A stretch of 18,117 nucleotides of DNA, taken from the NCBI GenBank assembly GCA_044222475.1, contig JBGANF010000151.1:1-18117 (forward strand). Reading direction: 5' to 3'. Each line of letters begins with the position of its first letter. Positions within the stretch are counted from its first letter, which is position 1. Made by a program: the position numbers and the translations under genes. The stretch is from Polyangiaceae bacterium (lineage in GTDB: Bacteria; Myxococcota_A; Polyangia; Polyangiales; Polyangiaceae). The notes under the pieces are model-generated. The model made no database searches. It was not told where the DNA came from and saw nothing but the letters and a program-made list of their open reading frames with translations. Shown piece by piece: positions 8,453 through 17,117 of this stretch.

Positions 8453-9708
8453 CAAACGCCGACGAGCTTCATCTCGTCGAAATCGGCTTTCGCCATGTCC
8501 GCGAGTCGCACGCGCACGTCCTTGATCCACCGAGCGTCGCGCGAGAAGACGTCACCGGCGAGCAGCGAGGTGATGGCGCGACGGAGGTACGTGTGCTGTT
8601 TCTCGACGAAGATGTAGCGGCGGAGGCCACCGATGTAGAACGCACGGACCGCGTCGGTGAACGTGTCGGTGCCGAGGCGGGTGACCTCGTCCCAGTCGGC
8701 GAAGCGCTCCTTGCGTACGTCTCCGGCTTCGAGCGCCGCGTGGATCGCGTCGGCGCCGAGGAAGCCGGTGGTCACGGCGATGTGCGCGCCGCTGGAGAAC
8801 AGCGGGTCGATGAAGCCGCCGGCATCCCCCACTTGGAGCCACCCGTCTCCCCGGCGCTCGCTCACGCGGTACGAGAAGTCGGCGGCGACCTGGGCGGGCC
8901 ACAGCCGCGTCGCACCGGTGGTGAGCTTCGTGGCGGAAGGCGACTGTCGGATCGCCTCGTCGAGGATGGCCGACGCGTCGCCGACCTTGCGATGTTCCTT
9001 CACCCAATCCGCCGACACGACTGCGCCGACGCTCGTGCGCCCGTCCTTGAACGGGATGAACCAGAACCAGCCCGGCGGAAAGACGACGATGTCGATGTCG
9101 CCGGCTTCGCGGCCCGCGGCCCGCGGCACGTCGCGGTAGTGCGAGTAGAACGCCGACTTGTCGAGGCGGTCGATGCGGGTCGTCGAGCGGTCGGCGTGAG
9201 CGGTGAGCGCGTCGCGACCGGTCGCGTCGACCACGAAGCGTGCATCGATGCGGTGGATCTCGCCGTTCGGATCTTTCGCCTCGACGCCGCGCACCGTGCC
9301 GGCGTCGCGCAGGAACTTGGTGACGGTCCAACGGTGACGCACCTCGGCGCCGAGGGTGGCCGCGTGCTCGAGGAGCATCTGGTCGTACTCGTCACGCGGG
9401 ACCTGGAACGCCGACGGATATTTCGCATCGAACGCCATCTCGAACCCGAAGCGCATCAGCCTGCCGGAGTGCTCGAGGTCGTCGTGAAAGCGTGCGCCGT
9501 GCTTCTCGATGAAGCGCTCCTTCACCTTCGGCAGGATCCCGAGCTGGTCGAGGTACTGGAGCGATCCGGGCAGGAGCGACTCGCCCAGGTGGAACCGAGG
9601 GAAGACCTCGCGCTCGAGCACGAGGACGCGAAGTCCCTTTTGCGCCAATCGGGCCGCGCATACCGATCCACCCGGACCACCGCCGACCACGATGACGTCG
9701 TAGCTCAT
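8452..9708 (-). CDS. FAD-dependent oxidoreductase, flavin-dependent halogenase-like
   Basis: MSYDVIVVGGGPGG (GxGxxG), FPRFHLGESLLP, FIEKHGA (candidate catalytic Lys), VDATGR, GWFWFIP (WxWxIP) and GDAGGFIDPLFSSG. Confidence 0.85.
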   Translation of the reverse strand: MSYDVIVVGGGPGGSVCAARLAQKGLRVLVLEREVFPRFHLGESLLPGSLQYLDQLGILPKVKERFIEKHGARFHDDLEHSGRLMRFGFEMAFDAKYPSAFQVPRDEYDQMLLEHAATLGAEVRHRWTVTKFLRDAGTVRGVEAKDPNGEIHRIDARFVVDATGRDALTAHADRSTTRIDRLDKSAFYSHYRDVPRAAGREAGDIDIVVFPPGWFWFIPFKDGRTSVGAVVSADWVKEHRKVGDASAILDEAIRQSPSATKLTTGATRLWPAQVAADFSYRVSERRGDGWLQVGDAGGFIDPLFSSGAHIAVTTGFLGADAIHAALEAGDVRKERFADWDEVTRLGTDTFTDAVRAFYIGGLRRYIFVEKQHTYLRRAITSLLAGDVFSRDARWIKDVRVRLADMAKADFDEMKLVGV

Positions 9709-9793
9709 GCCCCGTCGTCCCAAAAATGGCCGGCGATTGCAAGGGTCGCGGCGCTCGACGGGCCTCGAAAAGAGCCCTATGCCCTTCCTAGCC

Positions 9794-11104
9794 ATGGACG
9801 GAAGCGGTAACGGGAAGCCACACGTCGTCATCCTCGGCGCCGGGTTCGGCGGGCTCGCCGCGGCGAAGAGGCTCGCCGGCGAAGACGTGGACGTCACCGT
9901 CGTCGACAAGCGCAACCATCACCTGTTCCAGCCGCTGCTCTACCAAGTGGCGACCGCCGGCCTCGCCGCGACCGACATCGCGGCGCCCATCCGGAACATC
10001 CTCGCCGACCAGGAGAACTGCACCGTCCTGCTCGGGCGCGCGACCGCCGTCGACGCGACCGCGCGGACGCTGAGCCTCGACACCGGCGAGGGCACGGCGA
10101 CGCTGCGGTGGGACGCGTTGATCGTCGCCTGCGGCATGACCAACGCGTACTTCGGTCACGACGACTGGGAGGCGTCTGCCCCCGGCCTGAAGTCGCTCGA
10201 AGAGGCGCTCGACATCCGTCGCCGCGTCCTCCTCGCGTTCGAGGCCGCCGAGCGGACCGACGATCCGGACGAGCGCAAGGACCACCTGACCTTCGTCGTC
10301 ATCGGCGGCGGCCCGACCGGGGTCGAGCTCGCCGGCGCGCTCGCCGAGATCGCCAAGATGACGATGATGAAGAACTTCCGCCATTTCGATCCGAGCGCGG
10401 CCCGCGTGCTCCTCCTCGAAGGCGGGGCTCGACTGCTCACGAGCTTCCCGAGAGATCTCTCCGAGTACGCTCGCGAGGAGCTCGAGAGCCTCGGCGTCGA
10501 GGTGAGGACGAACACGATGGCGAAGGACATCGACAAGTCCGGCGTCACCCTGACGAAGAAGGACGAACCGGACGACCGCATCGGCGCGCGCACGGTGCTG
10601 TGGGCGGCCGGCGTGGGTGGAGTCCCGATCGCCAAGGCGTTCGGCGTCCCGCTCGCGCGCGGCGGTCGACTCGAGGTCGACGAAACCTTGCGGGTGAAGG
10701 GCCTCGAACGCGTCTGGGCAATCGGTGACATCGCGTACTTGGTCCAAGACGGCGAAGCGCTGCCCGGCATCGCGCAGGTCGCGATCCAAGGGGCGAAGCG
10801 CGCGGCCGACAACGTCGTGCGAACGTTCGAGGGGCGCGACCTCGTACCATTCAGGTACAAGAACCTGGGAGAGATGGCGACGATCGGTCGAAGCCGGGCC
10901 GTGGCGGTCATCGGGAAGATGCACATGACCGGGATGCTCGCGTGGCTCGCGTGGCTGTTCGTGCACCTGATGGCGCTGGTCGGGTTCCGAAATCGTGTCG
11001 TGGTGCTGCTCGAGTGGGCGTGGGCGTACATCAGCTATCAGCGGAGCGCGCGGGTGATCCTGGATGCCCCGGTGGCCAGAGCAAGTCTGCCGCGAGGGAA
11101 GTGA
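9794..11104 (+). CDS. ndh: Type II NADH:quinone oxidoreductase
   Basis: Two Rossmann motifs (VILGAGFGG and VIGGGPTGVELAG), HHLFQPLLYQVATAGL, WAAGV, AIGD, AQVAIQ quinone-site motif, F.Y...G.MATIGR, and C-terminal AWLAWLFVHL membrane anchor. Confidence 0.92.
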   Translation: MDGSGNGKPHVVILGAGFGGLAAAKRLAGEDVDVTVVDKRNHHLFQPLLYQVATAGLAATDIAAPIRNILADQENCTVLLGRATAVDATARTLSLDTGEGTATLRWDALIVACGMTNAYFGHDDWEASAPGLKSLEEALDIRRRVLLAFEAAERTDDPDERKDHLTFVVIGGGPTGVELAGALAEIAKMTMMKNFRHFDPSAARVLLLEGGARLLTSFPRDLSEYAREELESLGVEVRTNTMAKDIDKSGVTLTKKDEPDDRIGARTVLWAAGVGGVPIAKAFGVPLARGGRLEVDETLRVKGLERVWAIGDIAYLVQDGEALPGIAQVAIQGAKRAADNVVRTFEGRDLVPFRYKNLGEMATIGRSRAVAVIGKMHMTGMLAWLAWLFVHLMALVGFRNRVVVLLEWAWAYISYQRSARVILDAPVARASLPRGK

Positions 11105-11120
11105 GAGCTTCGCGCCCAGA

Positions 11121-11774
11121 TTGGGACGACACTTCGGGAGGCGCGCTGCATCTGGAGTGAGTTGCGAGACGCTGGCGTAGTTCACTCTAGTAAGGGGGAT
11201 GTGCATCCCCCTCGGCGCTTCGCGCCTCACCCCCAGCGGGCTCGGGACCGCGTTCGCGGCCCCGACCCGGAGAGCCCCACGGAGTGGGGCCCCCCACGGG
11301 CGTGGTGCCCACGGGGTGGGTCGAGGGGACTGCTAGGGTGCCCACGTACCAAGTTGGGACGAGACTTCGGGAGGTGCTTCGCATCTGGAGTGGCTCCTAG
11401 ACGCTCGCCTCTCTGTGAAGTCTTGTCCCAACCCTGGCGCGCAGCACGTTTCGAAGTCTTGGTCTCACTTCCAAGCGTGGAGGCCGGGGGGAGAGGGGGG
11501 CGGCAGCCCCCGTTCGGCTTTCGAGGAGCGGAGCGACGAAGGAAGCCCGTGGGGTGAGCGCGCATAGCGCGCGAGGGGCCGTCAGGGCCCCTTACATGAG
11601 TGAACTAGGCCAGCGTCTCGCAACTCAGTTCCGATGCAAAGCACCGCCCGAAGTCTTGGCATCACTTCCGCGCGCAGCCCCCCCCAGCGTCTCGCAACTC
11701 ACTCCTGATGCGAAGCACCCTTCCAGCTTCACCCCGACCCCGATGCGAAGCACTCTCCGAAGTCTCGTCCAAAC
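11121..11774. repeat. Intergenic mosaic of a ~56-bp repeat (7 full or partial copies, both orientations) with ~120-bp inverted arms and clustered GC hairpins; REP/BIME/MITE-like
   Basis: Core approx. GTTGGGACRAGACTTCGGGAGGTGCTTCGCATCTGGAGTGAGTTGCGAGACGCTGG. Forward copies at 11121-11175 and 11353-11405. Reverse copies at 11417-11432, 11443-11472, 11609-11664, 11684-11719 and 11737-11774. Confidence 0.85.
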
Positions 11775-11823
11775 CGTCGCGCGCGGCACCCTCTGCAGTC
11801 ACGTCCTGACTCCCCACACCCAT

Positions 11824-11852
11824 TTGACGCCGTGATCCTTCCCAAGTATCGC
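11824..11852 (+). promoter_or_regulatory. Candidate sigma70-type promoter for the barrel/GDPD/barrel genes
   Basis: TTGACG (11824-11829), 17-nt spacer, TATCGC (11847-11852), 11 nt before the ATG at 11864. The -10 match is weak. Confidence 0.3.
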
Positions 11853-11863
11853 CTTCCTCGCGA

Positions 11864-12616
11864 ATGCGCGCCCTCTTCGCTGCCGGCGTCGGCCTCACCC
11901 TCGCTCTCGCGACCAGCATCGCGCACGCCGACTCGCCTCCCCCCGATGCGGCGACCCGGCCCCCGCTCGGCAAGCTGATCTTCCACCCCGAGGGACCCGG
12001 ACGAGGGCGCGTCGCGCTCTCGCTCGGGGTCCTCTGGGACTACCCCCCTCAGCGCGTCGTCGAGGGCCAGATCAGCGCGTTCCCGATGGCCGAGATCAAC
12101 CTACGGTGGGGGCTCCCGCTCGGGTTCTCTGCGCTCGCTCGCGTCCAGACCGCGATCGTGACGAACGAGACCCTGCTCGGCGCGTCGTGGACGCACGTCT
12201 TCGACGACATCCCCGGCTCACCCTCGCTCTCGCTCCGCGTCCTCGCGGGGGCGGGGTTCGGCGGGCTCGTCGGCTTCGGGTACGACGCGTTCCTCTTCGC
12301 CGGATTGCTCCGACCCGGCGTCGCGATCGGGTGGAAGTGGCGCGCCCAGGAGATCGCCTTCACGCTGCGCGAGGACGTCGTCCTGAGCACGGCGCAGACT
12401 GGCCTCTTCGGCGGCACCGCGACCCGCACGGCAGACGGGCGGCTCGTCGGATCGGAGACGTCGATCATCGTCGAGAACCCCGTGCACGGCGGGGGCAACT
12501 GGTACTTCGGCGCCGCTCTCATGATCGCGCGCGCCTCGTATGCGCTGTGGCTCCCGTTCGCCGCCGACGAAGCGTTCGTCGCCTACCCGAGGTTCTTCGC
12601 TGGTCATGGATTCTAG
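11864..12616 (+). CDS. Secreted hypothetical protein, probable outer-membrane beta-barrel
   Basis: Sec signal ending AHA-D, alternating hydrophobic/Gly-aromatic strands (INLRWGL, GVAIGWKW, WYFGAA), and C-terminal RFFAGHGF with terminal Phe. Confidence 0.7.
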   Translation: MRALFAAGVGLTLALATSIAHADSPPPDAATRPPLGKLIFHPEGPGRGRVALSLGVLWDYPPQRVVEGQISAFPMAEINLRWGLPLGFSALARVQTAIVTNETLLGASWTHVFDDIPGSPSLSLRVLAGAGFGGLVGFGYDAFLFAGLLRPGVAIGWKWRAQEIAFTLREDVVLSTAQTGLFGGTATRTADGRLVGSETSIIVENPVHGGGNWYFGAALMIARASYALWLPFAADEAFVAYPRFFAGHGF

Positions 12617-13922
12617 AGTCGCCTCCCTGTCGATCGTCGTCGCGCTCGCGGCGGGCTTCGCCTGCAGCGTTCGACCGGAGATCCACGTGCCGTCCTTCGC
12701 GAACGGCGGCATGCTCCGCGACGCCACGCCGCTCCCGCAGTCGAGCTACGACGCGCTGGCGGCCGCGTGGCAGGTCGGCGGCACCGGACCGCTCCTCTTC
12801 GGCCGCGACACGGTGACGAAAGCGGCGGTCGATCGCCTCTCGTTCTTCGGGCGCACCGACGCGATCTACGCGATCACCGAGGGCGGGTGCCTCGACGGCG
12901 GGACCCGCGTCGTCTTCGAGGGCCACTGGCGCTACGCCGAGAACACCGACGTCGGTCTGCTCCGCCTGTTCGTCACCGACACCGACACCGCGACGAAGCT
13001 CTGCGGAGGAACCTTCGGAGCCCCCGACATCAAGAGGACCGCGCTCGACGGCTACTGGGGAAAGGGGGACGAGGATCCCAACGCGCCGCTTCGGGTGAGC
13101 TTCGGTGCGCCGCTCCGCACCGAGGTCGACGAGGACGGCGTGCCCGACTTCTTGAGCGGCGGGCACCGCGCGAGCGCGACCATCCAGGACTACGGCGTGT
13201 CCGAGAACAGCCTGCCCGGCATCCGCATGATCGAGCTCCTCGGCGCCGAGTTCGCCGAGATCGACACGCGCCTCACGAAAGACGGTGTCGTGGTGCTGAT
13301 GCACGACGACGAGCTCTCGCCTCGGCTCGTGCAGGGCCGCTTCTGCAAGGGCTACGTCTCCGATCTCACGCTCGCGGAGTTGCGCGCGAACTGCCGCTTG
13401 GAGAACGGCGAGGAGATCCCGACCCTCGGCGAGGCGCTGGAGACCGCGTTCCAGGCGACGCGCCTCCGCGGCATGTGGCTCGACACGAAGGCGGCCGCCG
13501 CGCTCGCGGTGCAGGTCCCGATCGCCGCCAGGTACACCGTGCTCGGCGCCCAGCGCCAAGCGGCGGGCGGCGCGAACTTCACCGTCGTCAACGGCATGTT
13601 CGAGGAGGAGCTCGTCGCGACCTACCTCACCATCCCTCACCCGACCGGCACGGTCTGCCTCGTCGAGTACGACCGGGCGGCGGCCAAGGCCACCGGGTGC
13701 TCGTTCTGGGCGCCTCGCTTCACCCTCGGGCCTCAACCCGACGAGGTCGCCGCCGCTCAGGCCGCTGGCCTGAGGGTCGTCTACTGGACGGTCAACGGGA
13801 CCTCCGTCATCGACCGCTTCCTCGTCGTCGGCAAGCCGAACGCGATGATCTCGGACACCCCCGGACTTGTATTCTACAAGTATCACGTCGGGGACTTCAC
13901 CCCGCCACGGCCGAAGCGATGA
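12606..13922 (+). CDS. Glycerophosphodiester phosphodiesterase (GDPD) family lipoprotein with extra N-terminal domain
   Basis: Signal with lipobox-like GFAC. GHR, ENSL, EIDTRLTKDG.VVLMHD, LTLAEL, IPTLxEAL, G.RVVYWTVN and ISD.P are all GDPD motifs. The start overlaps the upstream gene by 11 bp. Confidence 0.9.
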   Translation: MDSRVASLSIVVALAAGFACSVRPEIHVPSFANGGMLRDATPLPQSSYDALAAAWQVGGTGPLLFGRDTVTKAAVDRLSFFGRTDAIYAITEGGCLDGGTRVVFEGHWRYAENTDVGLLRLFVTDTDTATKLCGGTFGAPDIKRTALDGYWGKGDEDPNAPLRVSFGAPLRTEVDEDGVPDFLSGGHRASATIQDYGVSENSLPGIRMIELLGAEFAEIDTRLTKDGVVVLMHDDELSPRLVQGRFCKGYVSDLTLAELRANCRLENGEEIPTLGEALETAFQATRLRGMWLDTKAAAALAVQVPIAARYTVLGAQRQAAGGANFTVVNGMFEEELVATYLTIPHPTGTVCLVEYDRAAAKATGCSFWAPRFTLGPQPDEVAAAQAAGLRVVYWTVNGTSVIDRFLVVGKPNAMISDTPGLVFYKYHVGDFTPPRPKR

Positions 13923-14491
13923 TCGCGCTCGTTCTCCTCGCGCAGCTCGCGGCGACGACACCGAAGCCCCACGTCTTCGAGGCCGATCTCCACGTCGGCC
14001 TCAGCGTCGACGTCGGCGAGCAAGCCGTGCAAGAGCTCGCGATCTCCGACCGACGCCTCGGCGGGACGCTCTCGGGCGCGCTCGTCTACAAGACCCGGTA
14101 CTTCCTCTCTCCGTTCCTCGACGTCGGCTACACCAACGCGTCGTCCGGAGGCACGATCGTCCCGGCCTTCCAGACCGGAGGCCCGGCGATCGCCGACCAG
14201 CGCCTCTCCGTCTGGAACCTCTCGAGCGGGCTCGCCTTCGACACGTGGCGCCTGCGCTTCCAGGGCGGGCTCGGGCTCGGGTTCGTCGTCCTCCGGACGC
14301 GGCTCGCTGGCGACGAGTCGCGCGCGGATCGCGCCGGCCCGCTCGCCTTCTTCGCCATCGGCCTGGACCTCGTCCACCGCCCCAGCTTCGACCTCGCGCT
14401 CAAGCTGCGCGCGCTGCTCTCGTCGCAACACCTCGACGTGCAGGTCTTCTCGATCGGGCTGGAAATACGGGGCGACGTCTTCCGTTTCTGA
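13919..14491 (+). CDS. Hypothetical protein, probable small (about 8-stranded) outer-membrane beta-barrel
   Basis: ATGA overlap with the GDPD gene, hydrophobic N-terminus, amphipathic strands (LSPFLDVGY, LRFQGGLGLG, FAIGLDL, FSIGLEIRG), and terminal Phe (DVFRF). Confidence 0.7.
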   Translation: MIALVLLAQLAATTPKPHVFEADLHVGLSVDVGEQAVQELAISDRRLGGTLSGALVYKTRYFLSPFLDVGYTNASSGGTIVPAFQTGGPAIADQRLSVWNLSSGLAFDTWRLRFQGGLGLGFVVLRTRLAGDESRADRAGPLAFFAIGLDLVHRPSFDLALKLRALLSSQHLDVQVFSIGLEIRGDVFRF

Positions 14492-14519
14492 CGACGAAAC
14501 CCGGGTATCATGGCCGGCC

Positions 14520-16070
14520 ATGACCATCATGAGCGAGGCCCCCGAGTACGTCGACCCGAGTCCAGACCACGGCGCGCCGCCGTGCATCATGGTGATCTTC
14601 GGCGCCACCGGCGACCTCACGAAGCGCAAGCTCGTGCCGTCGCTCCTCAACCTCGCCAAGGACGGCCTCCTCGACGAAAAGTTCGCCGTCCTCGGCGTGG
14701 CGATCCAGCCGATGACGGACAAGGAGTACCGCGCCAAGGTCGAGGCCGATCTCACGGAGCTCGACCCCGAGGCGCTCAAGTTCGAGAACTGGCGCTGGTT
14801 CCGGAGTCGCCTCTACTACATGGCCGGCGACTTCGGCGATCCCAAGACGTACGACTTGATGAAGGAGCGCCTCGCGGCGATCTCGTCGAAGCACAACACC
14901 GAGGACAACGCGTTCTTCTACCTCGCGACGGCCCCCGCGTTCTTCGGCTCGGTGACGAAGCAGCTCGGCGAAGCCGGGCTGATGGACACCACGAGCACGC
15001 CCAACCGCTTCCGCCGCGTCATCATCGAGAAGCCGTTCGGGACCGACCTCGCGTCGGCGCGAACGCTCAACGGCGAGCTCCGCAAGTACGTCCGTGAAGA
15101 TCAGATCTACCGCATCGATCACTACCTCGGAAAAGAGACCGTCCAGAACATCATGGTCATGCGGTTCGCGAACGGCTTCTTCGAGCCGACGTGGAACCAC
15201 AACTACATCGACCACGTACAGATCACGGTGGCGGAGACACTCGGCGTCGAGCACCGCGGCGGCTACTACGATCGCGCCGGTGCGCTGCGCGACATGGTGC
15301 CGAACCACATCATGCAGCTCGTCAGCCTGATCGCGATGGAGCCACCGATCTCCTTCGCCGCCGACGAGATCCGCGACGAGCAGGTCAAGTCGCTCCGCGC
15401 GATCCAACCGATCCGGCCCGAGGAGATCGGCGTTCAGGCCGTGCGCGCGCAGTACGGCGCCGGCGGCATGGGCGGGCAGTTCCTCCCGCAGTACCGGGCT
15501 GAGCCCGACGTCGCCAAGGACTCCAAGACCGAGACCTTCGTCGCGATGAAGCTCGCGCTCGACAACTGGCGCTGGGCGGGAGTGCCGTTCTACATCCGCA
15601 CCGGGAAGCGCCTGGCGAAGCGCATGAGCCAGATCGTGATCCAGTACAAGCGGCCGCCGTTCCTGCTCTTCCGCAAGACCCGCATCGACGACCTCTTGCC
15701 GAATCAGCTCGTCCTGAACATCCAGCCGAACGAAGGAATGACGTTCCGGTTCGGCGCGAAGATCCCGGGCACGATCATGAACATCGGCACGGTGAAGATG
15801 TCCTTCGAGTACGAGGACTACTTCCACAAGCAGCGATCCACCGGCTACGAGCGGCTCCTCTTCGACTGCATGCTCGGCGACGCGACGCTCTTCCAGCGCG
15901 CCGACATGGTCGAAGCGGGCTGGTCGATCATCGCGCCGCTGCTCGAAGCGTGGAAGCACTCCCCCAAGGGACCGGCGAGCTACTCTGCCGGATCGTGGGG
16001 CCCCACCGAGTCCACCGCGCTCATGGCGCGCGATGGACGCGAGTGGAACGACGTGAACGACGAGGAGTGA
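14520..16070 (+). CDS. zwf: Glucose-6-phosphate 1-dehydrogenase
   Basis: IFGATGDLTKRKL, FYLA, IEKPFG, RIDHYLGKE, GALRDMVPNH and RWAGVPFYIRTGK. The start could alternatively be the ATG at 14529. Confidence 0.97.
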   Translation: MTIMSEAPEYVDPSPDHGAPPCIMVIFGATGDLTKRKLVPSLLNLAKDGLLDEKFAVLGVAIQPMTDKEYRAKVEADLTELDPEALKFENWRWFRSRLYYMAGDFGDPKTYDLMKERLAAISSKHNTEDNAFFYLATAPAFFGSVTKQLGEAGLMDTTSTPNRFRRVIIEKPFGTDLASARTLNGELRKYVREDQIYRIDHYLGKETVQNIMVMRFANGFFEPTWNHNYIDHVQITVAETLGVEHRGGYYDRAGALRDMVPNHIMQLVSLIAMEPPISFAADEIRDEQVKSLRAIQPIRPEEIGVQAVRAQYGAGGMGGQFLPQYRAEPDVAKDSKTETFVAMKLALDNWRWAGVPFYIRTGKRLAKRMSQIVIQYKRPPFLLFRKTRIDDLLPNQLVLNIQPNEGMTFRFGAKIPGTIMNIGTVKMSFEYEDYFHKQRSTGYERLLFDCMLGDATLFQRADMVEAGWSIIAPLLEAWKHSPKGPASYSAGSWGPTESTALMARDGREWNDVNDEE

Positions 16071-16073
16071 GCG

Positions 16074-17084
<1,011 letters not shown>

Positions 17085-17117
17085 GCGGGTATCCTCCGAA
17101 CGAACGAAGGTACTTGG

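Noticed and set aside
9728..9742. Sigma54-like TGGC...TTGCA upstream of ndh
   Set aside because: Only 9 nt lie between GG and GC, whereas the sigma54 -24/-12 motif needs 10.
11105..11863. CRISPR array interpretation of the intergenic repeats
   Set aside because: Copies are in both orientations, of unequal length and irregularly spaced, with no uniform spacers and no cas genes in the window.
11162..11986. Short ORFs (65-131 aa) across the repeat region
   Set aside because: They lack the GC3 codon bias of neighbouring genes, have no recognisable motifs and simply translate the repeats.
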